NCBI GenBank assembly: GCA_951406725.2
Contig: OX597834.1
Span: 20,212,001 to 20,276,000, forward strand
Origin: Octopus vulgaris
Lineage: Eukaryota
Direction: 5' to 3'
Length of the DNA: 64,000 nt
In this document: one piece after another, positions 26,041 through 38,531 of the stretch
Position numbering within the stretch: the first letter of the stretch is position 1
Layout: each line of letters begins with the position of its first letter
The notes under the pieces: model-generated
What the model was told of the DNA's origin: nothing
The model's database searches: none
The model's input: the letters and a program-made list of their open reading frames with translations, nothing else
Position numbers and translations under genes: made by a program

Positions 26041-26509
26041 AGGTATGTATATATGTACGTACCTCAAAATACACACACACACACACACATACATATATAT
26101 AGAGAGGGATACTCATAGACAGACTCTTGCATAAACATATCTGTACACATGCACATAAATACACACAGACATGTATTTGAATTTAGAATGAGGAGACGAA
26201 CTTATTCAAATTCAGTGTAATTGTGTCTCTTCGTATATCGATTTATTCAGCATTGGGACTTCCCTCATCACTATTTTGTGTGTGTGTGTGTGTGTGTGTT
26301 GGGGTCGATTTCAACAAGAGAAATTAATTCATAGCAGAGTCAAATGTGTTTGCTTCTTTTTCTTTTCATACGGTATGCAGGGTACACAGAGGCTACTTAG
26401 GTTTTGTGCCAACGAAAGCTGACTGTAGTGAGGAAGCGTCCAAATTTTTACTGTGTTAAAATTTTATCAGTACTGTTGGTTTATGTGCATATATATATAT
26501 TTTTTTTTT

Positions 26510-26691
26510 TTCACCATGATAGATTGCTAGCCATTACTCATTCTTTATTTTCTCTCCCTGTTTCTTTCTGTGTTCCTTTCTGTGGAAGAGCATAGGCTCA
26601 AAACGTTAAAGACTTTTTCACTCCCTGAGCGTTATACTAATAACATCTGTTTGTTGTCTACACCACCTGTCTTCATCTTTTTGTGAATTCT

Positions 26692-26695
<4 letters not shown>
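26510..26695 (+). mobile_element. Family H2 hammerhead-motif element (degenerate core)
   Basis: 26576-26611 reads CTTT-CTGTGGA-A-GAGC-atag-GCTC-AAAAC-GTT-AAAG; flanks homologous to 21390-21605. Confidence 0.6.
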
Positions 26696-26731
<36 letters not shown>

Positions 26732-26768
26732 GCACTCACACACACATAAATATGGGCAGACTTTTTAT

Positions 26769-27085
26769 GGGTGTAGGTGTGGCTGTGTGGTAAGGAGCTT
26801 GTTTCTGAACCACATGGCTCCAGGTTCAGTCCCACTGCATAGCACCTTGGGTAAGTGTCTCCTTGGGCCGACCAAAGCTTTGTGATTGGATTTCGTAGAT
26901 GGAAGCTGAAGAAGTCCATCACATCTATGTATATATCTATATGTGTGTATGTGCCTTATGTCTGTTTGCTCCCGCCCAATATTGCTTGACAACCAGTGTT
27001 TGTGTGTTTATGTCCCTGTAACTTAGTTTGGCAAATAAGTACAAGGCTTACAAAGAATAAATCCTGGGGTCAATTTCTTTGACTA
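26769..27085 (+). mobile_element. SINE family A, degenerate
   Basis: Colinear with 37131-37480. Confidence 0.75.
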
Positions 27086-27259
27086 AAAATGCTTAATGTG
27101 CGCCTGTAAGGAAGTGTAAAAGAACTTGGTGTGTGTATGTATGTATATATTATTGTGTGTGTGTGTGTGTTGAGAGAGTGAGAAGGATGGATATTTTAGG
27201 AATGAGGTTTCTAAACTCATGTCATGCTTACATGCTGGCATTCAGGGGATGTAGTTTAG

Positions 27260-27345
27260 AATTATTCCCAGGAAAATGAATGGAATGTCTGGTGTATTGT
27301 GGCTACCACCTCTTAAAAAAAATAGGGGGGAATAGGCCTGGGTAT
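27260..27345 (+). mobile_element. 3' end of the same LINE family as 22720-23010
   Basis: aaatgaatggaatgtctggtgt..ttgtggctacc...ggggaataggcctgggta is shared. Confidence 0.55.
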
Positions 27346-27379
27346 ACATATATGCACTTTAAACTCATGTGATTTTGAT

Positions 27380-27608
27380 CTCCCTTTTTACCATATATTT
27401 TTTTTTTTTAGGAATATACAGTTGTTGTTTAAGCTGATTTTGAAAATAATGAAGAATTTAGGAATGTAATTTTCTTGTTATTAATTTTGTGTTTTAAACT
27501 TAAATTAACATGAAAGTTTGATATAAGATTTTAATTAAGATCATTTTAATGCGGGAAGTTTGTATTATGGAACTAGGGCTGATTATAAGATGGTATGAAA
27601 AGGGTTAA
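27380..27608 (+). mobile_element. piggyBac-like MITE family P1
   Basis: Ends in ggtatgaaaagggttaa (AAAGGG plus TTAA); body similar to 58738-58960. Confidence 0.55.
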
Positions 27609-28989
27609 TCAGTATCCAGTATCAGAGTCTAAGGTTGGGAGACCCTGGATATTGAGAAGAATGGTGTTGGCCCCTAACTGATTCTATTCCCCCAGAACAG
27701 GTCTGTACTCACCTAGAACAGTAGCACCTGCAATGGTTGCAGAATACACTGTACTACTAAATCACTTTGACCCCAAAATAGGGTCCTACATTTGACAGTG
27801 GCAAATTCTCTTAAAGGCCATAAAATATATTGATCCCACAACAGTGTTGTCACTCTACAAGTGTCAAATAGTGATTGCTGACTTTGCAGGAAGGAGCTGA
27901 AAGTTGAAAGATTATGAGATAACATGGAAATAATGAAGAAGGTGCTGTCTTGCAGATTAGGATATGGATATCAAGGACTAAAGGACCAGCCCTAACACAA
28001 AAGGGTTGCTGAAGAAATTGCATCCTCAGTATGCTATCAGCAGACCAAAAGGATTAATGGGTTCTAAAACTGTGATCCAGCATATAATAGTTGGGAAACT
28101 GAGAAGGCATACTATGGAGATAAGGTAACTTTTTAGTCAAGTTGGAGATATGACAACCTCTTTGGTGCTGGTGCCACAGAAAAATGCATCCACTGCACTC
28201 AGTAAAGTGGTTGGTGATAGGAAGAGCGTCCAGATCTAGAAACTATGCCATAACTGAGATATCTGAGCAAGGCATGGCCTGCTAATCTAAGATTGCTTTG
28301 CCTAATCTTAGCCAAGCCAGTAGACATTAGCTGACAGCATTAACATTGCTCATGTGTAGCAATATGGCTTATTTCTCTCTTCATGCATGCGTGTGTGCAC
28401 ACTGAATGTGTGCTTGGAGAATGATGTCTATGTGTGTGTATGTACAAGTGTGTGTGTGTGTGGCGAGAGTGTGTGCTTGTGTGCACACACATATGCACAT
28501 AGAAGCACACATGCACACACACACACGCTCACGCACATATACGCATACTCCAAATGCAATAACTTAACCTTGGTCATTGATCCTTTGAAGAACTCGGTTT
28601 CATCTTTTGATGTTCACTCATGCGTGACATCTGTTTCAAGTTAACACTTTTATATACACATATACTCACACACACACTCTTACATGCACGCAAATGCAAT
28701 CATATATACAGACACACATACATACACAAACACAATCACACACACACACACAGTCTTACAAGCACACAAACGCAATCACATATACAGACACACACACACA
28801 TATACACAAACACAATCACACCCACACTCAGTCTTACAAGCACATAAAAACACACTCCCACGCACACAAATACACACATACACACACATCGTGGCACCAC
28901 AAGAGAAACCAGTTCCTATTCTATATCTCAGTAGTTTTGTCTTAAGCTTTTTCTGTTTTCATTGCATTTTTTTATTTTTCCTTTCTTCA

Positions 28990-29765
28990 TATTTATGTGT
29001 GTTTGTGTGTGTGTGTGTGCATACCCGTATGTATACAGTGTTGTATTTCATGTGTGAGTGTGTATATTTTATTTGTTGTGTGTGTGTGTGTCTGTATTTA
29101 TATTGTTCTTGTATTGTGTGTGTATTTCATGTATAGCATGTCTGTGTGTGTCTGTGTATATATTTCATGTGTTGTTTGTGTGTGTGTGTATACGGTTCAT
29201 GTTTTGTGTGTGTGTATATATATTTCAATTGTTGTGTGTGTGTATGTATATTTCCTGTATTGTGTGTATGTGCATTTTGTGTAGTGTGTGTGTGTGTATT
29301 TCATGTGGTGTTTGTGTGTGTGTGTGTGTATTTCATGTGTTGTTTGTGTGTGTATATGGTTCGTGTTTTGTGAGTGTGTGTATATATATTTCCTGTATTG
29401 TGTGTGTGTATATTTTAAGTCTTGTATGTGTATATATATTTCCTGTATTGTGTGTTTGTGTATGTATCCCATATACTCTGTGTGTGTATATATATTTCTT
29501 GTATTGTGTGTGTGTATATATTTCTTGTATTGTGTGTTTGTGTATATATTTCAAGTACTGTGTGTGTGTATGTATTTCCTGTATTGTGTGTGTGTATATT
29601 TTATGTCTTGTATGTGTTTATATATTCCATATACTCTGTGTATGTGTGTGTATATTTTTTGTATTGTGTTTGTGTATATATGGTTCAAGTTTTGTGTGTG
29701 TATTTGATGCATTTTGCATGTGTGTGTATATTTGATGCATTTTGTGTGTGTGTGTATGCATTCTG
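28990..29765. repeat. Degenerate ~30-bp (TG)n-based minisatellite
   Basis: Recurrent tatatttc(c/t)tgtattgtgtgtg units. Confidence 0.75.
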
Positions 29766-30118
29766 TGTACTACACTCAGAAAGCTATCGATTATCGCTAT
29801 CCATTTTTTCTGTTTTTGTTCCCCCACCCCATTTTCCTGTGATACCCAAGTAGTTGCAAGTGCGGACTTTTTGCTCTATAAATCAAAAATAATAGAAAAT
29901 TAGGAGCAGAGAAGAGTGGAGGGGAGTGGCGCAGAGGAGAGAGTTGTTATTGTGATAGTTGAGGCCTGAGTGAAGTTCAGAAAATTGATGATTAAGTGAC
30001 ATTGAACCTCCACTCGATTTATTAACGTGAACATCAATGAATTTTCTAGCAAGAAAATCTCTCTGTGGTCACACAACCTGATAGAAATAACAGTAAAACA
30101 CCCTCTCAAAATATACCT

Positions 30119-30350
30119 ATTTCTTTACTACCCACAAGGGGCTAAACACAGAGAGGACAAACAAGGACAGACAAACAGATTAAGTTGATTATATCAACCC
30201 CAGTGCGTAACTGGTACTTTTTATTTATCGCCCCCGAAAGGATGAAAGGCAAAGTCGATCTCGGCGGAATTTGAACTCAGAACATAGTGACAAACAAAAT
30301 ACTGCTAAGCATTTCGCCTGGTGCGCTAATGTTTCAGCCAGCTCGCCGCC
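30119..30350 (-). mobile_element. SINE family B with TSD
   Basis: tctcaaaatatacct at 30104-30118 and 30351-30365 flanks a copy homologous to 6890-7115. Confidence 0.9.
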
Positions 30351-30384
30351 TCTCAAAATATACCTTTAGGCTTTATATAAGAGT

Positions 30385-30620
30385 GAAGGTGAATGTCCTA
30401 GTGACTGAGATGTTGCTCTGATGATAAAAAGATCGGGGTTTCGATTCCTGGACTGGGCAGTGCATTGTATTTTTGAGTTCAAATATTCCACATCATGTTG
30501 TTCCAGTCTGCACAGCTGTAAATGGGTCACTTTGTGAGAGACTGGCATCTCATTCAGGAAGAATGCTGTGATTGCAGTCACTTATTCACCATGGTAACGA
30601 GGTAACTGGCTCAAGGAGTT
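30385..30620 (+). mobile_element. Degenerate tRNA-derived SINE (D/E-like)
   Basis: ggtttcgattcctggactgggc...ttgagttc...gttccagtctgcacagctgtaaatggg. Confidence 0.5.
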
Positions 30621-31019
30621 CTAAAACCCCTGACAGTAATGTCCAGCAGTTATCTTTCATATACATGAACAAAACAAGTCAGATAATGTTGACCAACACA
30701 GCTAAGAGGCGGGGATGGTCTGGAATCCTCTCAGAACTCAAAGCGGCCATGAGGTTTATATTTCTCATTTTAGAGAGAGGCTCTCTCTCTTTCTCCTTTT
30801 TTTGATATTTTTTTTAGGGAATTACAGGCCTGCTTTTGAGCTTCTTAATTATGGACTGATGTTTCAGTTGACTCCTTATTTTTTAGGCTTTAGTGTTGGT
30901 CGTGACTGGAATGTTTTTTAGTCATAAGTCAGTTCAATCAAGAATGGCTTGAAGTTTCAAGTCAACAGTAATGACCAAAGTTCTCAGATCTGAGTTGTGG
31001 AAAAATCTAACTCAGCAAT

Positions 31020-31810
31020 GATTGTTTCAAATCTTGACATAGTGTCCGCATTTTCAGGGTAGAGGGTGTTAGTCAATGACCTCAACTCCTGCTCTTCACC
31101 GGGACTTCTTTTCTTGACCCAAAAAGGATGAAAGGCAAAGTTGACCACAGCAGAATAATAATAAAATTATCAATGATAAAAATAATGGTCTCCAATTTGG
31201 GCACAAGGCCAGCAATTTTAGCAGGAGAGAATAAGTTGATTACATAGACCTTGCTCCCTGCACCACCAGGGCACAAATAGTTCTTATCTTACCAATTGGG
31301 AAAATCATCAGAAGGTCTCTGAGCACTTGATGGCTTTTTGAAATCATGTAGATATCTAAGGGAGTAATCTTTTCTACTCTAGGCCCAAGGCCAAAAATAT
31401 TTTGGGGAGGAGGCCAGTCGATTAGACCAACCCCAGTACACAACTGGTATTTAATTTATTGATCCTGAAAGGATGAAAGGCAAAGTCAGCCTTGGTGGAA
31501 TTTGAACTCAGAATGTAAAGACAGACGAAATGCCGCTAAGCATTTCGCCCGGCATGCTGACATTTCAGCCAGCTTGCTGCATTGAAACAATAATATATTC
31601 TTTTCTACTCTAGTAACAGGGCCTGAAATTTTGAGGGAGGGGCCTGTCGATTAGATCGACCCCAGTACACAATTTGTGCTTAATTTATTGACCCCAAAAG
31701 GATGTAAGGCAAAGTCGACCTCGGCAAAATTTGAACTTGTAACGTGAAGCCGAATGAAATGCCACTAAGCATATTGCTTGGTGTATTAACAATTCTGCCA
31801 GCTCACCAAC

Positions 31811-31857
<47 letters not shown>

Positions 31858-32047
31858 CCTTTCTACTGTAGGCACAAGGCCTGAAATATTGGGGAGAGGT
31901 CCAGTCGATTAGATCGATCCCAGTATGCACAAGGATGAAGTGCAAAGTCAACCTTGGCAGATTTTGAACTCAGAACTGAGTGACGGGCAAAATACCACTA
32001 AGCATTTCATCCAGCATGCACTAATGATTCTACCAGTTCACCGCCTT
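31020..32047 (-). mobile_element. Cluster of about five head-to-tail SINE family B copies and fragments
   Basis: aggatgaaaggcaaagt..acc..ggc..aatttgaact-like core recurs near 31125, 31470, 31700 and 31935. Confidence 0.8.
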
Positions 32048-32506
32048 ATTTGATATTGATAATGATAATAATAATAATAGTAGTAGTAGTAGTAGTAATA
32101 ATAGTAGTAGTAGTAGTAATAATAGTAGTAGTAGTAGTGGTAGAAGAAGAAATAATAAGGATAATGATAATAGATTAATTCTGAATCTCCAATCTACAAC
32201 CAGCTCTGAGATTTATTTGTAATAAAAAAAAAGTAAAAATCTTAGCATTGATCCTTTACCTAATCAATTAAGATGAAGATCAATAAATTACTTCAGCAGT
32301 TATCAATGTCTGGATATAATTCAGAAATAAAAACACAAAAGTAGCTTCCATTGTGTTTGAATCAAGGCTTTGCTTGATCAGATTTATTTCGGATAAAAGT
32401 TGCATTTGAAGATACAAGATTGATTTTTGTTTTTTCCATAAACATGTCTCTCAAAAAGAAATCACCTCAAGTCCTATATGAGAAGTTGGGCCCTTATTAC
32501 ATGCTT

Positions 32507-32600
32507 CAACCCTTTAGCATTTCAGATTATTCTCTCAAATGTAATGCCTTTTTATCCACATTATTTTGAATTAATCAAGCATTATCTCATAGCTTTGATT
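32507..32600 (+). mobile_element. piggyBac-like MITE family P2, left part
   Basis: aaccctttagcatttcagattattctctcaaatgtaatg; homologous to 59915-60145. Confidence 0.55.
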
Positions 32601-32793
32601 TATTAAATTTTTAAAAATTTTTTCTTAATTAAAAACTGGGATTCATAATTGTTATATATTAATTGTATATAAATAAACTTCACTCACTTTGAAAATGAAC
32701 AGATAAACCATCCCCTTCTCCTTAAAATTGCAGGCCTTGTGCCAAAATACAAAATTATTATTATTATTATTATCATCATCATCATCATCATCA

Positions 32794-32839
<46 letters not shown>

Positions 32840-33029
32840 GTCTTCAATGGCCAGTTGAAGTTGTTTGCCACTAAGCATTCTGGAGTAAAGATTTTTTTCC
32901 AACATAACATGGTGGTCCTGGTTTAGGACGAATGTTGCTGTAATTTAGCCCCAGGAGACATTGTCTCCAGCTGGCTATATGACACGATCTATATGACAGG
33001 GGAATTTAATCCCCCACCATTCAGCTCAA

Positions 33030-33090
33030 AACAATATCTGCGTATCATGATTTCCAGGTTATTTCCCTTCATCAGCTCAGAATAATTGTT
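33030..33090 (-). ncRNA. Type-I hammerhead ribozyme motif, copy 1
   Basis: AACAAT-tat-TCTGAG-CTGATGA-AGG-gaaataa-CCT-g-GAAA-TCATGA-TA-CGCAGA-t-ATTGTT; one stem I mismatch. Confidence 0.7.
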
Positions 33091-33340
33091 CATCTAGAGG
33101 CGGCACTGCCGATTCCCGTTGGAAATATATACTTTTCAAAGTGACAACTAGTCACTGATTTATATTAGAAAATTACTATTTTTAAATCTCACAACGAGAG
33201 ATATTCATCAAAAGTACTTTGGAGTAAAGATTGTTTGCCAACATAACATGGCAGTCCTGGTTTAGGATGACTGTTACTGTAATTTAGTCCCAGGAGACAT
33301 CGTCTCCAGCTGGCTATACAACACGATCTGTGTCCTTCAA

Positions 33341-33401
33341 AACAATATCTGTGTATCATGATTTCCAGGTTATTTCCCTTCATCAGCACAGAATAATTGT
33401 T
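33341..33401 (-). ncRNA. Type-I hammerhead ribozyme motif, copy 2
   Basis: AACAAT-tat-TCTGTG-CTGATGA-AGG-gaaataa-CCT-g-GAAA-TCATGA-TA-CACAGA-t-ATTGTT; 6+6-bp stem I, palindromic ATCATGAT stem III, AUA triplet. Confidence 0.78.
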
Positions 33402-34025
33402 CAGCTAGAGATTTAAAAATTGTAATTTTCTAACTAAGCATTCTGCCTGAAATGCAAACAGTTCTGCCAGCTCCCTGCTTCATAGTAGACTTTAAAAATG
33501 GAATAAGTCCTGGGGTCAAATTGTTTGACCAAACCCTTCCAGGCAGTGCTCCAGCATGACCACAATCTAAGGGATGAAACAAATAAAAGATACAAGACAC
33601 AGCAGAACAATTCCTCGAATCTTCTCCTCAACAAAATAATTTATAGATTTGATAAATAAGTCATAATATTACCAAATAATTAAAAAGATGTAGGCGGGCA
33701 GAAGACATCTTCAAAAATTTCTTGAGCAAACAAATGCATTATTTAAAAACTGACATTTTCTATTAAACTGCTTCATTTCAGATTCAAGCACAATTTCAAA
33801 TCCTAATACTTAGAATTCAACTTACATATTTGTTATTCACTGATCCATAAAGCACTCATGAATATCATTTAAATGTATATGTAGCTTTCACAAGTCGTTT
33901 GGCATTTCAAATTGTTCTTTCTTCCCCACAACCAGTATTATTATTATCATCATCATCATTATTATTATTATCATTATTATTATTATCATTATTATTATGA
34001 TGATGATGACGATGACGACGTCGTC

Positions 34026-34059
<34 letters not shown>

Positions 34060-34376
34060 TAATAATAATACTGTTGTCGTCATCTCCTCCTCCCCCTCCT
34101 CCTCACGAGCATTAAGTAGCGGTGTTGTTCAAAGCACCTATAAAATCACACTGTGGTATTTCTTCTGAGTCTTTACAAAGTAAGTTCAAATCTCACCCCA
34201 TTCATACAAATGGTATTATTTCCTTGGCTACATCTCCATAAAAAATCTGTCCCATCTGTGGGGAGTTGTTACTTTGTTTGGAAAGAAACATGGGTTTGTC
34301 ACAAGAAAGGCATCCAGCTACAGAAAATTCTGCCCTGGTAAAGACTCATCTGACTAGGGCAAGTATGGAAAAGTAT

Positions 34377-34790
34377 AGACGTAGGAGTGGCTGTGTGGTA
34401 AGTAGCTTGCTTACCAACCACGTGGTTCTGGGTTCAGTCCCACTGTGTGGTACCTTGGGCAAGTGTCTTCTACTACAGCCTCGGGTTGACTAAAGCTTTG
34501 TGAGTGGATTTGGTAAGCAGAAACTGAAAGAAGCCCGTCGTATATATGTATATATATATGTGTGTGTATATGTTTGTGTGTCTGTGTTTGTCCCCCCAAC
34601 ATCGCTTGACAACCGATGCTGGTGTGTTTACATCACCGTAACTTAGGTGTTCAGCAAAAGAGACCGATAGAATAAGTACTAGGCTTACAAAGAATAAGTT
34701 CTGGGGTTGATTTGCTCGACTAAAGGCAGTGCTCCAGCATGGCCACAGTCAAATGACTGAAACAAGTCAAAAAGAGTAAAAAAAAAAAGT
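34377..34790 (+). mobile_element. SINE family A, full length
   Basis: Colinear with 37131-37549. Confidence 0.9.
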
Positions 34791-34988
34791 ATCCTCATTT
34801 TAAACAATACATCGTCAGTGATAATTGTAATGATCCTTTCTCTTATAGGGACAAGGCCTGAAATTTGGATAGACAGGCTCAGTTAATTAGATCAATCCCA
34901 GTATCTGATTAGTATTTATTTCATTGACCCCAAAAGGATAAGAGGTAAAGTCGACCGTGGTAGAATTTAAACTCATGACATATAAAAA

Positions 34989-35109
34989 TTAGGTTGGGGA
35001 GAAATTTGGTGCGCCGTATTAAAATAATGTCTTTTTATATATTTTTGTGGTGTGTGGTTCATTCAGTTCATTATTTTAACATGGCACATGGACTTTTTCC
35101 TCAACCTAG
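34989..35109. mobile_element. ~120-bp mariner-type MITE
   Basis: Imperfect ~40-bp TIRs ttaggttggggagaaa...ttaaaataatg and cattattttaa...tttttcctcaacctag, then TA; TTAGGTTG start is mariner-like. Confidence 0.65.
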
Positions 35110-35204
35110 TAATATAAAATAGGAGCATTCCATTGGTTACATCGATGAGGGTCCCAGCTGATATGATGTACGGAACAGCTTGCTCGTGAAATTAACGAGC
35201 AAGC

Positions 35205-35466
35205 TGTTCCAACATCAGTTGTCAAGCAGGAATAGGGGACAAAGACAGATGCAAAGGTGCACACACACATATATGTATGTATATATATGTGTGTGTGTGT
35301 GTGTGTAAAAACATATACAAGCTTCTTTCAGTTTCCATCTACCACATCCACTCACAAAGTTTTGGTCAGCCCAACGCTCTAGTAGAAGACACCCAAAGTG
35401 TCATACAGTAGGACTGAATCCTAGACCATGTGGTTGGGAAGGAAGATTCTTGCCACACAGCCACAT
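35205..35466 (-). mobile_element. SINE family A, partial
   Basis: gttgtcaagc...cttctttcagtttccatctacc...ccacacagccac. Confidence 0.7.
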
Positions 35467-35939
35467 AGGTGCAGGCATGGCCATTACTTCAACTTTTCTC
35501 CTGGCATCTATAAAAGTAGCAGCAAAGAACTGGAGTCAATAGAATCGAATATAACCTCTCTCCAGAATCTGTGCTACTTTGGTACTGTGCCCCCATAGGA
35601 TGAATTTATTTGCAATTTTATTTCGCTCCGTTTTTCTTGAGTAGTTATTCAATAAGAACCAATATAATAGATTCTTTATTAAACAACATGCAATAAGTAG
35701 TTCTTGCTTCATAACCTCACAGCCATCGTGTCTTCAGTGGGTCTTTGTGATTTGGTACCCACTCAAAACAAAAAAAAAAAAAGAGAAAAAGAAAACGAAA
35801 AAAGAAAAACAACAAATTCATTTCACACAGATTTAGTTGGAAGTAATAAAATTTTGTGGACATGGCACCGAAAATATATGTTTAATTTTGGTCATTTGTT
35901 ACATTGTTTTATATCGAGAAACAACCAAAGAGAAACTAT

Positions 35940-35970
<31 letters not shown>

Positions 35971-36093
35971 CGTTTATATATACATATATACATAATTATA
36001 TATATATATACATTTATATATACATATATACATAATTATATATATATGTATATATATACATTTATATATACATATATGTATACATACATATAC

Positions 36094-36166
<73 letters not shown>

Positions 36167-36186
36167 CATATATATATACATATATA

Positions 36187-36218
<32 letters not shown>

Positions 36219-36225
36219 CACACAC

Positions 36226-36276
<51 letters not shown>

Positions 36277-36707
36277 AATGAATAAACGCAATATTAGATG
36301 GAATTCTTCAAAAAGATATTTGTGTCTCTGCGGAAGAAATAATTCCAAATCAGCAGTGGTGTAAGTAGTGCCACCAAACATAGTAACATGACATGCGGTT
36401 CTTGCAATAATCGCTTCCAGGGAATCTATTGTTAGAAAGCCCTCCTGACAATCGGGAATATAATAACTGGCACTTTGCTGTTGAGTGGACAATTTTAGAA
36501 ATAGCATTCAGCTGGAAAAATACTTGTGTTTACAATGCATTCTAGAGTCTTATTTTAGAGAATTAATTGAGCAGACCCTGACAGGAAGAGAACATGGATT
36601 ATAATATTGTTAACCATTTTAATGCCAAGCCATCTGAGACGGCTTCTGTTTTAACCCTAAACATTTACTAGTGTTTGTTATTTAAATTTTTTCCTGGGTG
36701 GGTCATT

Positions 36708-37130
36708 GACTCTCTAGTATTTAAACCAGCTAAATCCAACCAATATATTCTACCTGGCTTCACAAGCTTTCTGAAGCTGGCAGAAATGTTAGCATGCTGG
36801 GCGAAATGCTGAGCGGTATTTCATCTGTCTTTATGTTCTGAGTTCAAATTCTGCTGAGGTTGACTTTGCCTTTCAAACTTTTGAGGTCGATAGATTAATT
36901 ATCAGTTGCATACCGGTGTCAATCTAATCGACTGGACTCCTCCCCAAAAATTTTGGACCTTTTGCCTAGAGCAGAAAAGAATATATTCTACCTGTTTTTA
37001 TGTTCAAACTATTCAGATCCAGGCTCTCACACCTAACATACAATGTCATTCTAAAAATTAACAATTTCATCATCAAAGTCTTAAAGCTATGAGATAATGC
37101 ATGATTAATTGAAAATAATGTGAATAAATA
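36708..37130 (-). mobile_element. piggyBac-like MITE P2 interrupted by a SINE B copy (about 36757-36979)
   Basis: TSD aatatattctacctg at 36742-36756 and 36980-36994; host is the reverse complement of 59915-60145. Confidence 0.7.
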
Positions 37131-37549
37131 GGCGCAGGAGTGGCTGTGTGGTAAGTAGCTTGCCTACCAACCACATGGTTCCGGGTTCAGTCCCACTGCG
37201 TGGCACCTTGGGCAAGTGTCTTCTACTATAGCCTCGGGCCGACCAAAGCCTTGTGAGTGGATTTGGTAGACGGAAACTGAAAGAAGCTCGTCGTATATAT
37301 GTATATATATATATATATGTATATGTGCGTGTATGTTTGTGTGTCTGTGTTTGTCCCGTAGCATTGCTTGACAACCGATGCTGGTGTGTTTATGTCCCCG
37401 TCACTTAGCGGTTCGGCAAAAGAGACCGATAGAATAAGTACTGGGCTTACAAAGAATAAGTCCCGGGGTCGGGTTGCTCGACTAAAGGCGGTGCTCCAGC
37501 ATGGCCGCAGTCAACTGACTGAAACAAGTAAAAGAGTAAAAGAGAGTAA
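37131..37549 (+). mobile_element. SINE family A, best-preserved copy (~420 bp)
   Basis: tRNA-like head (tggctgtgtggtaag...ggttcagtccc), CORE-like accttgggcaagt, internal (TA)/(TG) tract, cagtca-ac-tgactg hairpin, (GTAAAAGA)n tail; more than 15 relatives in the window. Confidence 0.9.
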
Positions 37550-37554
37550 ATATC

Positions 37555-37876
37555 TGAGGAAGAGGCAGACCCAGGAAGATGAGGTGGTGAATCATGATCT
37601 CCAACGTTGGGCCTCTTGGAAGCAATGACAAGTGACTGAGACCTTTGGTGATATGCTGTGCTTGAGAAGACCTGTCAAGCCAAGTGAAATCATGGCCAAT
37701 GTCAGTGTCATGTAACTGGTACCGATGCTGGTGGCACGTAAGGGCACCCATTACGCCCTTGTAGTTGTCAGTGCTAGGAAGGGCATCCAGCCATAGAAAC
37801 CATGCCAAATCAGACTGGAACATGGTGCAGCTCTCTGGTTTACCAGTTCCAGTCAAATTGTCTAACCCATACCAGC
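37555..37876 (+). mobile_element. Old RTE 3'-end fragment
   Basis: ggaagaggcagacccaggaaga (GRGRPRK)...gaagggcatccagccatagaaac. Confidence 0.7.
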
Positions 37877-37911
37877 GGAATTTGAATTCAAAGCATAGCA
37901 ATAGTAATAAT

Positions 37912-38283
37912 AACAAGAGCACTCAGAGAGTGCAAACCTCCATGAAGGCAACACCAACGTTCTCTCAACGATTAGTCAGGGATAATTTTTAAAATGAGAA
38001 TATCTGAAATGAACACAACTGCTCTCACAAATGAAAATGCTAAAAATGAAACTCAGCACTCTCAAAAGTTAAGTAAAAAAACCTAGAAAAATTATCCAGA
38101 ATCCTTGTCCGGTACCGGATTGATTCCAAAATCTAATCAGTTTGTGCCAGTCACAAGGCCAAACATCCCTGAAAGTTTCATCTGAATCCATCCAGCGGTT
38201 CTTGGGAAATCTTGTTCACGGACAAACAAGCAAATTAAAATGACTGAAAACAATACCTATGCCTTTGTTAAGGCAGAGATAAT
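37912..38283 (-). mobile_element. Non-autonomous Helentron (HINE/DINE-1-like) element
   Basis: aacaagagcactcagagagtgcaaacctcc..aagg at one end; gacaaacaa repeat and hairpin tgcctt-tgtt-aaggca near the other; typical HINE layout. Confidence 0.6.
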
Positions 38284-38295
38284 AATAATAATAAC

Positions 38296-38332
<37 letters not shown>

Positions 38333-38531
38333 CTACCACCACCACCACCAACAACAACAGCAACAACGATGTACACCCAAAAAATAAAATGAAAGTAAAA
38401 GTACTTGAGAGTAAAAGTACTCTTCAATGTTATTGCCAACAAGTCACCTGTAATCTGTTTTACTCAGGTACATGTTTGTTGTTATATCTTGCATTATATT
38501 TGCCTTCTCTTTGTTTTGTAAGTGCTTTATA

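Larger units (their letters stand above)
32881..33410 (-). mobile_element. Tandem direct repeat, each copy with a hammerhead (family H3; retrozyme or Penelope pLTR-like)
   Basis: tggagtaaagatt...ctagag at 32881-33099 and 33220-33410; hammerhead motifs 311 bp apart. Confidence 0.8.

Noticed and set aside
27640-28150. Complex sequence possibly from an old LINE or an exon
   Set aside because: No long ORF and no motif I can recognise
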